Below, piece after piece: positions 13,336 to 27,003 of a DNA stretch of 64,000 nt (its first letter is position 1; each line of letters opens with the position of its first letter). Location of the stretch: assembly GCA_052327205.1 (NCBI GenBank), contig CM126226.1, positions 48,422,001-48,486,000 on the forward strand, read 5' to 3'. The DNA is from Somniosus microcephalus. Taxonomy: Eukaryota. The translations under genes and the position numbers were made by a program. A model generated the notes under the pieces. That model had not been told where the DNA came from and ran no database searches. It saw only the letters and a program-made list of their open reading frames with translations.

Positions 13336-13984
13336 TTTACTAGTTTCACTACAAAAAAATTGACTGCAAGAATCTGTATGCATCAGATCTAAGAATAGGG
13401 ATTCCTGACACTTTGATTTCATTAGGATGCAATTGGCTCATATCCTCCCTGAGTTCTCAAAATACCCACACACAAAGCAAAACCAGCATGTTAGCCATGT
13501 CTGTATAGCTACCTTTTCTAGTGCACCTGAACTTTCAGAAAGCACAGATTAATTTTAAAACTAATTGATTGAATAGGAGTCAAATATGTTTATAACATTC
13601 GCCCTCCTTCACCCTTTATATGATGCCAGTCTATTATTAATCTAGATTTTAAGCTATACTGTAATTATAATGATTTGTGGTTCCTGCAAGGTAAAACATT
13701 ACCAACTGGCAGCATAACAAAAGCCATTGTGTAGAACGTGTATATACTGTACTAGAACTCTGCTCAAAAATAAGAATCCAACAAAAACCTCTGCCACTTT
13801 CAGCTTTAAATATTTAACCAACTCTTAGCTAATATGTACGCTAGAGCACATGCATGTAATTGCAAAATTATGTCATTAATAAAGGAAAATCAAATTTTGA
13901 AACTCCTACATAGTTCTAGGCATACAAGAGCAAAATGTTACTGTGTTATTCACTACTGTTAAAGTTGAATTGATTAATCCCTGG

Positions 13985-14335
13985 TTATTGGCTGCACCCT
14001 TGATGATTTAGCAAGTTCATCCAGTTGGTAGCCGAGTCCTACAGACTAGAAAGGTCCCAGGTTCAAAACCTGATCGTTGCCAAGTTAATGAATTTAAGCG
14101 GTGCAGAATCAACCAGGTCTTTGTTCACTCCAGCCATCTTTGCTGAAAGTGCACATATGTGGACAATGGGAGAGGAAAGGATCAGGCTCGGCTGCGATAT
14201 TCCCCCGTGGATGAATAGCCTGCTAACATTCACCGTTAAGGCTAATATATGGATAATGGCCACTTCGGCGAGGTACTGAAGGGTGAGGAGTGTCCATAGA
14301 ACCATACTCCAGCATTCGGACAATAATCACCTGAT
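13985..14335 (+). mobile_element. Old tRNA-head SINE (family A)
   Basis: aggtcccaggttcaa...tgctgaaagtgc...ggatcaggctcggctgcgat...aatagcctgc...aatggccacttcggcgaggtac shared with other copies. Confidence 0.6.
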
Positions 14336-14603
14336 ATGCAAACATGACACCAATGGAGTCTATTGTTTGAGGTTTGAATTACACAAGATACAATTTGAAT
14401 CAAATATTCCTTAAATGAAAACTCCAGACTCCAAATAACTTTCATCTAATAATCAAAACAGTATCGACCACTTCGTACTAATTTATGTTTATTTCAGCTA
14501 TACAATAAAAAACAACTTTCTAAGTAGCTATTTTCCACTTACCTGAAAGCAGCCATTAAATGCTTTGGAAGAGAGAAAGGTGGTGTAGTCTTTTGCCACA
14601 CGT

Positions 14604-14835
14604 AATCATAGAATCCTACAGGAGGCCGCCATTTGGCCTGTCGTGCCTGTGCCAGCTCTTTGAAAGAGCCATCGAATTAGTCCCACACCCCAGCTCTTTC
14701 CACATAACCCTGCAAATCAGTCCTCTTCAAGTACATGTCCAATTGTCCTTTGAAAGTTGCTATGGAATCCGATTCTGCCACACTTTCGGGCAGTGTGTTC
14801 CAGATCTTAACCATCTGTGTGAAGAAATTTCTCTT
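14604..14835 (-). mobile_element. Short CR1 3' end
   Basis: atcatagaatc tail, ggccgccatttggcc, ttccagatcttaaccatctgtgtgaagaaattt (reverse FFTQRVV/IWN motif). Confidence 0.7.
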
Positions 14836-15429
14836 CAAACTGTGATATACAGTTTGTTACTGGCTGAATGATATGGACATCCAAGTGTTCCGCATTTTAA
14901 TGTGAGCTTTTCCTTTCAGGCAATACAAGATCATCCGCAATGCATACAATCCACTTTCGAATCAGTTGCAAAATCGCAGTTTGACAAAACTGCCCAATAT
15001 TTGAAAAAAAGCATTTGTATGTTGACTGCAGAGATTTTCCAATCCATTTTAGCCAGCAGTAGAAAACCAGTATCTCAGGAGAAATCATCAAGAAGTAATC
15101 AAGGACCATCGGTAAATCAAAAACATGTACTTTGAAATTTGTGGGGTTTTCTATGTAGATGAAATAACTAGTGGTAAGTAGATATTGAAGGAGCATCCTC
15201 TGTATTACATAGATGTTTGGGCCTTTCTTCCAAAATAACTATTTATTTAAGTTCCAAGACAGAAATTTAACAGTTCAATTCAACAACTATAGTAACTCAC
15301 ACACTCTCATTATGTGCTTTAACGTGGACTTTGGAGTCAAGATTATAGATCAATACTGAAGCCACAGCAAATGGCAACATCTCAAAATGCTTAGCAGCTC
15401 CCTGTTGGGTGTTTCATATCTTTCATACA

Positions 15430-16225
15430 GTTTTGGACCTCAATAGGAAGAACAAAGAGAGGCAATATAAACTAAAGGGTACAATTCTACAGGGGGTGCA
15501 TGAACAGAGAGATCTGGGGGTACGTGTGCACAAATTGTTGAAGGTGGCAGGGCTGGTTGAGAAAGCGGTTAAAGCAGCATACGGGATCCTGGGCTTCATA
15601 AATAGAGGCATAGAGTACAAAAGTAAGGCAGTTATGATGAACCTTTATAAAACACTGGTTCGGCCTCAACTGGAGTATTGTGTCCAATTCTGGGCACTGC
15701 ACTTTAGGAAGGATGTGAAAGCCTTAGAGAGGGTGCAGAAAAGATTTACGAGAATGGTTCCAGGGATGAGAGACTTCAGTTACGTGGATAGACTGGAGAA
15801 GCTGGGGTTGTTCTCCTTAGAGCAGAGAAGGTTGAGAGTAGATTTGATAAAAGTGTTCAAAATCATGAGGGGTCTGGACAGAGTAGATGGAGAGAAACTG
15901 TTCCCATTGGTGGAAGGGTCGAGAACCAGAGGACACAGATTTAAGGTGATTGGCAGAAGAACCAAAGGCAATAGGAGGAGAACATTTTTTTAAATTCAGC
16001 GAGTGGTTAGGATCTGGAATGCAATGTCTGAAAGGGTGGTGGAGGCAGATTCAATCGTGGCTTTCAAAAAGGGAATTGGGTAAGTACTTGAAGGAAAAAA
16101 AATTGCAGGGCTGCAGGGAAAGGACGGAGGAGTGGGACTAGCTGAAGTGCTCTTGCAGAGAGGCGGCACGGGCTCGACGGGCCGAATGGCCTCCTTCTGT
16201 GCTGTAACCATTCTATGATTCTATG
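15430..16225 (+). mobile_element. CR1-clade LINE 3' fragment
   Basis: ORF 15409-15993 'QRDLGV..KAYGILGFI..LYKTLVRPQLEYCVQFW..LERVQKRFTRMVPG'; (ATTCTATG)n tail. Confidence 0.95.
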
Positions 16226-19200
16226 GATAGTCATTGAAATTAGTATTTAAAGTGGCGCAATGTGATTGTGGAAAGCTGAAGTTTACTGCAAGAAAGAGTT
16301 CATCAATTCCAGTTTAATACCCTTTAAGGGTAAACTAGGTGCAGAAAAAAAGACCATGAAATATGAATCAACGTTTGAGCATGCACTTCTCATTTGCTGA
16401 ATGTTATTAAATGAATGTTATTTTCCTTCTTTAAACTAAATTTACTACTCTCTGCTGTCAGGTGTAAAAAATAATCGATTACCTAAAACTAACCAGCATC
16501 ATTTTAGTGTGCAAAGCAAGTCAATTTCATGGTGTTAAACTTCAGCTATGACAAAATGCACAATTCCAGTAAAAAGTTAAGAGTTACAGTTTTTCCTGTG
16601 AAAATTAAAATCTGATGGCAATGTTCTTAAAAAAACAAAATATTTAAAATGTACAAAATTAATAAGGTTTTACTGTACACAAAGTTTGGAATAAACAGCT
16701 TCAAATTTCTGGGAATACTCAGTAAGTATTCTACAATGAGGTTACAGCGACCATGAGTGATGCTTGAATAAGAAACGCTCAGGCATTTCATTTAAATATT
16801 ATAATGTTCATAATATACCACTGTCTAAATCTTTCCGAGAACATAATCAAAATTGTTATGGGCATCACATGCGCAGTGACAAGAAATATTGCTATATTTT
16901 AAATATGTAATTCTTAGGTTGAAATTTAATTTGAAAGTTTAGTTTTCAAAATGGATGCCAGTTATTCAATCACATGATCATCTCCCTATATCCTTATCAT
17001 ATAATCTTGGAACAAGGTGCTTTCTAATTTTCTTTTTAATCCCAGAAACCAATAGTCATTCCTCAATGCTGTATACACATTTTAAATGTCTTTAGAATGC
17101 AAAATACCAGTGTAATACCAGAACCTGATGTCTATAAGAGGCAAACAATGTCATCACCGCAGACTGATGACAATTCTTTTCAAATGTTATACTTCACATA
17201 AAATCAAAAATGGATAAACATTCATCTTTATTTGTGGTAGATGACTATAATAGTTCTCCAAGGTTTAAATTGGACTAGGGTAGCATCCTTTAGGGAATAT
17301 AATTTCCCTATTTTTTCTTATAAATGCCTTCATAAAATGACACACACTTTGCTTGGAATAGGTTTAAAAGGTCAGCATTTGTTTTTTTTTTAAAAAGCTC
17401 AGAAGTTACAGCCAACTTATTTCAGAGGTTTTTACTTATATTCTGTCGCACTGAAAAAATAAACATTAACAGATTCCTCTAGGCTTTGCTAATGTAAATT
17501 TTACAACCTTCACTTCCTCTCCTATCGTTCTATATGAAGGTAGACTGCTTGTCCACTTGCCAGACTAACAGATTTGATAAATACCATTTCTCTAAACCAA
17601 GTATTGTATGTAGAAAATGTTTCAACTGGCTTTCAAATAGTTCTACGAGTGACAGTGAGTTCTAAGTTTGAAGGCAGAATAAAAATACAGTTTATTCTTT
17701 TGCCATTCATGCCTTCAAATGCCACCTCTTCAGTGAATTTTACCTTGCTGCAGTTTAAATGTCATAACTGAAGCAACACAAAGAATTCACATTAACAATG
17801 TCATGACAAGAGATCTAAACCAATATGGAAAAAATTACTGTTAAAATAAAATCAAAAGTGTTTTATCTAACGCGCCACAATGTTTTCTTTTGTAAGTGTA
17901 CTCAAATCAGTGCATTATATTTTAAATGATTCAATGCCAGGGGTAGAATCTTAAAACAGAGCACAATTCGTCTAAGGTTGCACAAGAATATTCCTCATTC
18001 TGGACTAAGTCATTAATGCGGTTATGCTATTTTATAATTGTATACAAAGTAGTAAAAAAAACTAAATGTGCACTTTCAAAGCAGATCCACTTGGGTTCAA
18101 AGGCTCAGTTTGATATTATTTGAAATGACCAAAAGAGAATGTTTGAACCCTCGTCATTCGCATTATAGGCTTTACCAGAACTACAAGCAGTGTACAAGTG
18201 TGCACAGTGAAGCTAGTGACACCATGACACTAATGCTTCACTGATCTCATTTGGCACTACAAATCATGAAAGTTTACCAAAAAAAATAGGTCTGTGCTGC
18301 TGATATACACATCACTCACAACGGTGTCCGGTGGTCAACACGATGAAGCTTCAACTGGGTGTATTTAACAAATTGTTCTGGGAATTTAGGCTGCTTTGAA
18401 AACTGCGAAAAATACAGAAACACACCTTAACTGTTTCCCAGGCAGGTGCTCATGGCTCAGTTAAATATTATTTTGATACCTGGATTCATTCCCCAGGTAA
18501 GTAAAATCATCAGCGCTTTGATACATTTTCTGCCAGAGTTACTTCAGGCTTGTTTGACTTGGGTCACTTTAGACTTGTTGACTCATGAATGCGATCTCCT
18601 TAGATCAGTGACATTTTGGGCAATTGTGTTTTTAAAAAAAGGTCTAGCCTTTAAATGGCAGAAAACATCTGCTTGGCTCAGTTTCACTGAATCAACTCAA
18701 TTTAAATAGGTCCTGGCCCGTACTATCCTAACATCTATTCTCTAAAGCTTTAAAATGCTGTTCACATGGAAGTTAAACAAAGAACTTTGAAGTAATTTAT
18801 AAGCTTGTAATAACAGAAGTTTAGCATTTATTCATTTGAAGAACAATTAATGAAGTGATCTTTTAACTGCCACTGCAAAATGGATGATTCATCTCATTTG
18901 TCGTTCACTGACACAATAGCTGGCATTACCATGACCCCCAATTCAGGAGGTGTGCTTACAGTCAAAACTGTGGATGCTGTAAAAGCCAACAAATTACTTC
19001 TTCGAAAACTTCATCAGAAATGGCAGTGTCTGCCATTTGCCAAAAGTATCCCTTCCGTGAAATTCTTATTTGTGGAGCTAAAGGTGGCCTTAAGGCGCAA
19101 CATTTTAAAGCTGCAGTATTGTATTGCTACTAACAGCTCCCAAAGAGAATTGTGATGTAAATCAAGATTAACACTGAATAATCAGTGTCAAAAATAGCTT

Positions 19201-22200
19201 CATTTAGATCATTCTTTTTCAAAAAGTGTTTTCTGTTGCTTCCTTTGCTTAATGTTGCAAAAAGTGGAATAGCAGAAATACAAGGAACGTTTCTTAGTTT
19301 ATGTATTTTTCTAAATATGTCCAAAGTATTGGTTATACTTTAGTGCTCTTGATTAAAAAGAAATGCAGCATTTACAAAAGAGATAATACAAGTAATTTTA
19401 AAAGTCGGTTGATTGAAACGCTCTCTCCCCCTAAACATACACAACAAATCAGAGTATTGTACATAAATTTACATTTCTTTCCACACTTGTATTTGCAGCA
19501 AAGTACTATAAAATAAAAATAAAAGCTACAGCTAATGTTATATGGAAGAATTGGTCCCAGGTCTTGTATGTTGTTATAAGCGTACTGCACGTCAGTACTA
19601 TAAACCCATTTTAGTCAAATTTACACAAATTCTTTCTGATCCTTGTTTCCTGTGAACTATAGCACAGCTGATGTAAACATACCATAGTCCAACAAATCAA
19701 AACAGAAAGGGAAGAAAATATAAATACAGCAAGATGTTTTACAGTGTGCTCAACCAATACAGACTAAACTCGTTTTACAGCAGTAATTAGGAGCTTGCTG
19801 TTGTCGTCTTATTGTGGTATTTTACTCTTGTCACTGGGGAATGAGGAAACAAAGATAACAGAGGAAATTGTGCACTGTATGTTCAGATCCTGCTTGCTGT
19901 AATCTCAGGCACACTTAAAAGAGTTGAAGCTTAGAAATGTGAAACAAAACTCATGCAAACATGCTAATGCATAAACCCACTAAAACAAACAGACCAAGTC
20001 GTTAAAATTTGTCACTGAAGACCACTCGCTGATGCATCACTTTCAACAGCCATAGAAAACACTAATGTAATCCTAGCCAATTCTATCATGCAGTCAGATC
20101 GAGTGACATTCCTAGAGCTGCCTGCCAAGCACCGATTGCCAAAGTACAATAATCACTCAAGTACTCTAGGTTTCGGAAGCTTTTCTATCAACAGTTCCAG
20201 AGTAGTGGTTTTTTTGAGAGTGTATACAAAACAGTCTTTTTCTTCTTTTTAATTTTCTCTTTGTGTATAATTAATACTGCTGGGTGGCTGACTAGGCACG
20301 CTGTGCTCTGTAGTGATCGGAGACACATGTGCAACACAGTAGCATGGAGATGACAATGAGACAAAGGCAATAAAGCTTTTTGATTCCTCCACAAAACAAA
20401 CCTTCTACATAAACAGGTCAAGCAGGTCCTATTTTCATGGCCAGTGTTTGCTAGATCTAAGGTATTGTGTAAACACATGATAAAAAGCTAATCACATACT
20501 TTGTACAGTTACCAGACAAAAACATAAAAGACATTCCACCTCCAGACACTCCCACACAAGTTCTGCCACATTAGAAAAATAGTGATAAAACAGCTAACTG
20601 AAAGGAAAAGGTTTTTGTTCCAGCTTTCATTTTTTTCATGCCAGCCCTTCCTCTCAGCCTAGTCTGTACAATCTGTTAATCTTCAAAATTCCTTGAGGTG
20701 ACAGCAACAACTTTACCGCAATTCTAGCAGCTGTTCAGCTGACCCCAGTGGACCTTCTCCGTGGCCTGGGCCTAATCCAACAACCAGGCTAAACAATGTC
20801 AGCGCTGCTGTATCCGTTAACAGCCACAGCCCATGGAGAGAAGGCACTTGCTAACAAAGAGGCCTGCTGCTTTGCTTCTCAGTCAAGCTTGGCCAGGACA
20901 GAGCTGCCAAGTTAAAAAGAGCACACCGTTGTACATGTACAGCAAAGGAAATCAGAGCTGAATGGTTACCGGAGTCAGTGCAGATTGTGGTTTCTTTCAC
21001 ACTCTACGCTCAGCTGTGCTGCAGACACTCCACATGCCTGACGTAGTCTTCTTTATCCAGACACCAGTGAAGGAGAACAAACCTCCAACAACAAGCACCA
21101 GGAAAAACCAGGACTGGAGTCAAACACGCAAAGGAGCTGGACTGTGATTGATGACTGTTCTTAATGGCATGGTCAGCCAGAAAATGCATCAGCAAGCAAG
21201 ATATTAGAGACAGTATCCCTGGAGTCATCTGCATCTCAGATCCATAGCTATTGTGTGGAATATTAATGCACTGCTCAGATGAACATACGCAGATCAAAAA
21301 AGGATCGGGAGGAAAAAAAACTGTTTGTCAAGTGTCTTTTGACAATTCAAAGCAGCAGACCTAGGCTACGTTTCTGTACTGTTAAGACTGAAAAAGGACA
21401 CGTTTAAATGGCAGCTTATTAAAACATAATGTCTCCAAAATTCATGTGTTATGACGATAAATGAAATGAAAGACGCACAAAATAATTCTTTCATCAGGAT
21501 AGCTCATCAACAGTTATGCCCCCCTCACACCCTGAAAACATGACAGATCAATAAAAATTGAACACCACGTAGCTTTAGCCTGCTGCGCTGCAAGACACAC
21601 TGTACATTAGCCTCTCAATAAGAGATGCCTCATGGGAAAAACACTGCTTGAAAATAAGCTCCATAACCAAGTGGCTTTGTAAGTGTTCCACACCTGTCAT
21701 CGATGAAATCAATCCCAAACTCTCACAACCACAGCAGCAGGCATGCCATTTTCAAACCTGAATTAATCAAAGACAATTTTTCTAATCAACTATGGATGTA
21801 CATGGGGAATAAGAAAACTGCAATGAATACTATTACTCCTAACAACAAAGCATTCATTAATTCTTGAGTACTATGATTGAAGCTCACTAGAGGGGAACAT
21901 GAAATATTCCAAAGTAGTTTGTGCTGGGTTTTTAAATAACCTTACACCAGGTCAATAAACAGAACCACTTGACTAAATTAGCATTAATATACTTTGTTTC
22001 TAACCACTTAGTTTCCCATTGTTTGAACCATTATATTTTAAAAGCAGGACTTGAGAAGATATTCTTCAGCCAGACACGGCAACAGCCATATTGAGCTGTG
22101 CCACTGTGTTTTAGTAAATTCGGCACTACAACAGCCATCAAAATCAATTTTAACTAAATATGTATTAACCCTTTACTGTAAATAAGTGATAAAAATCATT

Positions 22201-22782
22201 AACCATTGAGTTTAATTGATTCTGCATTCCAAAGGTCTGAATTCAAGTCACTTCTCACCAGCAAGACATATAACAACAAGCTACTGAAGGATAAGGACCT
22301 TTTACACCAGTGAAGGTGATTTTAAAATCTCACCTACTGCAGTAGATAGGCCTGTATGATGTTGCAATGTATTCTCATGGGAAATGGAGTATTTTTTAAC
22401 ATGCAAGATTACCACATGTTCCAATTAACAAATGCCACAACTCCAGATAAATGGCCACCATACCTGATCTAACCCCAGCATTTCACTAGGCCCAACTAGT
22501 CTCAATCACCCCAGTGCATAAGATTTGTTTCAAGCAGGACATGTTTTTTCAATTATTTAATGCTCAGCAGACTGAATATCAACAATTTACTGGCATGCTC
22601 GATGTTTATGGGGGTTAGAAGAGTAAGCATTTTCTATTGTTTTACATTGAATTACAAATTCTAAAATCCTGAACCAAGTGTAGCAATCCTTCAGCAAATT
22701 AGTTAAGCATTTATCTGTACTCCACTATACTAAATTCATTTGTGCAAGACTACCAAAATTCATCCACATAGGTGAGTTATCC

Positions 22783-23190
22783 GCCTTGGCTTAGTGGTAG
22801 CACTCGCACCTTAGAGTCAGTAGGTCGTGGGTTCAAGCCTCAGTCCGGAGACTTGAGCACAAAAACCCAGGCTGACACTCCCAACGCAGCACTGAGGGAA
22901 CGCTGCACTGTCGGAGGAGCCGTCTTTCGGATGAGACGTCAAACCGAGACCCGTCTTCCCTCTCAGGTGGATGTAAAAGATCCCGTGGCATTACTTGAAG
23001 TAGACCAGTTCTCCTGGTGTCCTGGACCATAGTCATCTTTCAACCAACATCACTAAAAAAGATTATCTGGTTATGGATCTCATTGCAGTTATGGGGCCTT
23101 GGCTGCTGCGTCTCCCTACATTGCAAAGCGCTTTAAAGACATCCCGAGGTTGTGACAGGCGCTATCTAAATGCAAGTCCTTTCTTTTCCT
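22783..23190 (+). mobile_element. Full-length Deu-domain SINE (SacSINE1-like)
   Basis: tRNA head (tggcttagtgg A-box; ggttcaagcc B-box), Deu-like core gccgtctttcggatgagacgtcaaaccgag..ctctcaggtggatgtaaaagatccc, L2-type tail aaagcgcttt..aggcgctatctaaatgcaagt. Confidence 0.88.
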
Positions 23191-25682
23191 TTATAACAGG
23201 CAGTGTATTACAAAGTCATTTCAGGCTTTGCTAAAAGCACAATACAATTTTCTATTAAAGAGCTGTAGTGTAGTGGTTCTGAGCTAGTTATTTAATATGC
23301 ATTCTACAGTATCTACACGTATCTGTGGCTACAGTGCAAGTACAAACACTGCTTTCAGTGACAAAGAATCCAGCTCCGGGTTTCACTACAGCTTCCATTT
23401 ATCACACAACCCTGTCATGTTGAGCACCATTAACAGATAATGAAAGGAGACAACGGGTGCAGTTACAAGCAAAGCACTCTGCATTCTACAGGCCTAAGCA
23501 TGTAGCCAGGGGAGCTGACAGCCTCAGCTGAATATCCTAGAACACTTAACAGTCTCTGTAACTGAAACAATAAAACTTTACTTCTCCTGAATCAAAACAC
23601 CTTTTGTTTGAACTGTTTTGCAGTAACAGCGGGCATTGTGCGATGGGATGGCCCCAGAGAATGAGAGATAAGCAAGAGTCCTAGAGCTAGTTTAGTCACT
23701 GATTAAATCAGACAGTTAGGTTCTATTTTAACTCTCAGTCTAAAACTCGCTGAAGTCTGCTGGAATATATAAAAAAAAACACTGAGGTTCAAGGGAATCA
23801 ATGAGCTTTGAAAGAACACAGGAAGACTGATGGCTCACTCAGTGGAGCATTGTAGGTAAATGAGAAGTGGGGACCACATGGATGACTGAGCTACATGGCT
23901 CAGGAGCCTGGCTAGACATTGAAGAAATGGCCCCTGAAGTCCTCAGATATCTTGTAACTTCATTTGATAAATTCAGCAAGGGTATGCGTCCAAGTTTTAA
24001 GAAAGCAACTTCGAGACGAGGTAAACATGCACCAACCACCAGCTGTATCCCAAACAGCATGAAAGCCAACGCAGTCACTCAAGATTCCAGTTAATAAGAT
24101 AATGTTTACAAATTACAGAAGATTAACAAACCTTCCCATTGTTTCCATGATTGGTTTTCATGCTCCTGAGCAACTCTGATTCAATGGCATTTTACAAAAA
24201 GCAATACTCCCTTCTGTCAACCTACACCTGCAGGATTTTGAGTATTAAATTGAAACATACAGTCTTTCATATATTTAAGCCTTCCACAATTTTACATTTT
24301 TAATCTCATGAAAACATACCAAATATCTACAGAACTCAATTAGCATCCTACAAAGCCTGCAATACACTACATGAATGTGGAAACAATTAAAAGTATTGTT
24401 ATACTAATGTGATTTTTGATAGTCTTGATCAACAGCATAGGTAAGCTGCCAAAATGCAACAATGCCTCAGTTACATCGTTTCAAGGAAAGAACAGCTTAA
24501 GTTTCAAGGAAACTGAGACACAGCGAATCTACCAGTCTCATAGCTTGACCCCTTTTTTTTTTAAAGCAAATCTGGTTCTTGTTTGTTTTATGTACAATCA
24601 CAACTTTAAAAAAAAGTTAAATCGATTAAAACATTGAGTTATTCAATAAAAAGTATAGTTCATGGCTTTAGAATCACTAAATGAACACTGACCAGCAAAG
24701 CCAAAGGAAGTGTGCCTGCCAAACGTTTCCTTTAGGCTTTCTATCAATTCAAGCCGATTTCCCCCCTCCCTCAAAAAAGGCTTCGAATTTCCAGCGATAC
24801 AAAGCGCTACATTTGATGGACAATATGCAATTAAAACATTATACAAATCGGACCTTCTGTTGGACTCAGGACAGTGATAGTTATTATCTACCATCGGGAC
24901 TTCAGAAAATTAGCGTACGCATGCCATAAAAAAATAAATCCAAATGAAAAATCATTTGCCAATGTAGTTCAATTGCAGTACATCTAAAAGCACTTTTATA
25001 CAGCAGGAGTGCAGCCACCAGTAGACACTCGAGCCTTCCTCTCCATGCTTCCTGCACTCCACAGTATAAATTCCCCCGTGCTCATGGAACCAACAGTATC
25101 ACAGACCCACAAAAATGTGTCTACAATGTGCCATTAGATTTCATGAAAGTAAATTTGTGGGTCCAGTCTCCCAGATATCAACAGACTCAGCAACTGAGTA
25201 TCTGCATTCCATAGTGAAACCCAGGATTACCAACAGAAGGACATTTCAAAGGTTGGTTACATTAGCACCAATTTCAAAAGCAGAAATTAAGAACAAAATA
25301 AATTTACTAATCCGAGTTATAAACACTACTGTAGTCCATCGAAAGAAACTTGCATTTATATTGCCCCATTCACAATGCTCCGCAGCCAGTGAGTTACTTT
25401 TGAACTATAGTCACTTATATACAAACGCAGTCCCAGAAACAGCAATGTTCTGTAAACTGATACGTCAGGGCAGTATTGAGGAAGTGCTGCACTGTCCGAG
25501 GTGCCATTTTTTAGTTGCGATGTTAAACCGAGACCCCATCGGAGATAAATGACCAGATAATCTGTTCTGGTGCTATTAGTTGAGGGATAAATGATGGCAA
25601 GGACACCAGCAACATTTCCCTGCTCTTCTCCAAATGCTGCCATTGAATAATTTCTCAATGTGGGAAAACGTGACAACGTCAC

Positions 25683-26190
25683 ATTTATTGCCTATCCCTA
25701 GTTGCCCTGAGGTGGTGGTAGTGGGCCTTCTTGAAGTGCTGCAATCCTTGTAGTAATGGACTCGCACAAGGTGGGAAATTCCAGGACATTGACCTGGCGA
25801 CAATTTAGGAGCAGTGACTGTGTGTGACTTGGAGGGAAACTTGGGCTTGATGATGTTCCAACGACATTGCTGCTCTTGTGTTTCTTACTGGTAGAGGTCA
25901 CTGGCGAGGGAGGTGCTGTTGAATTATACTCAAGTTGCCTCAGTGCATCCTGTACATAGTCCGCGCTGCAACTGCAATGCTCTAGTGGTGGAGCAAGTAA
26001 ACACTGAATCCAGTGTCTGGAGTGCCAATCAAGGCAACTACTCTGCCTTGCATAAGACTGAGCCTCCGTTGTTGCAGCCATACACCCATCCAGGCACATG
26101 GTGAGTATTCCACCATCGTCCTGGCTTGAGCCTTGTAGATAATGGTGAGGCTTTAAGGAGTCAGGAGATGAATGAGCCACTCGTCGCAGA
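25683..26190 (-). mobile_element. CR1-group LINE 3' fragment (same family as 8060-8484)
   Basis: catttattgcctatccctagttgccctgaggtggtgg...ccatccaggcacatggtgagtattccacca..ctggcttgagccttgtagat is the reverse of the 8060-8484 sequence. Confidence 0.75.
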
Positions 26191-26311
26191 GTACTGGTGT
26201 TGACAAGTTAACCTTTTGGTCAGTGATGACCCCCCTGAACAGACGGATGGGGTCTCTGTTTAACATCTCAACCAAAAAATGGCACATCCGACAGTGCAGC
26301 ACTCCCTCAAT

Positions 26312-27003
26312 CCAGGATTCAGCCTTCGATCGCCTGAGGAAGAGAGTGTTTGAAGACCAGGACCTCAAACCCGGCACTAAGCTCATGGTCTACAGAGCAG
26401 CAGTGATACCCGCCCTGCTGTATGCCTCAGAGACATGGACCATGTACAGCAGGCACCTCAAAGCATTGGAGAGGTACCACCAACGCTGCCTCCGCAAAAT
26501 CCTGCAAATCCATTGGCAGGATAGGCGCACCAACGTCAGTGTTCTTGCTCAGGCCAACATCCCCAGCATCGAAGCTTTGACCACGCTCAATCAGCTCCGA
26601 TGGACGGGTCACATTGTCCGCATACCCGATACGAGACTCCCAAAATAAGCGCTCTACTCGGAGCTCCGGCACGGCAAGAGAGCCCCAGGTTGGCAGAGGA
26701 AACACTTCAAGGACACCCTCAAAGCCTCCTTGAAAAAGTGTAACATCCCCACCGACACCTGGGAATCCCTGGCCCAAGACCGCACAAAGTGGAGGAGAAG
26801 CATCCGGGAAGGCGTCGAACACCTCGAGTCTCTTTGCCGGGAGCAAGCGGGAGCGCACGTCAACCCAAGCACCCCACCCACCCGCCCCTTCAACCACCGT
26901 CTGCCCCACCTGTGACAGAGACTGTAGGTCCGGCACTGGACTCATCAGTCACCTGTGGAAGCAAGTCATCCTTGGTTCCGAGGGACTGCCTAAGAAGACG
27001 ACG
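26312..27003 (+). mobile_element. RTE-clade LINE, 5'-truncated, with 11-bp TSD
   Basis: 'TKLMVYRAAVIPALLYASETWT..LERYHQRCLRKIL.I.WQDR.TN..VL..LRWTGHIVR' RTE ORF end; tail taagaagacgacg; TSD ACTCCCTCAAT at 26301-26311 and 27004-27014. Confidence 0.93.

Noticed and set aside
22783-22850. tRNA gene (also heads at 8486, 58780-58851, 63100-63176)
   Set aside because: A/B boxes continue into SINE bodies and no full cloverleaf is evident.
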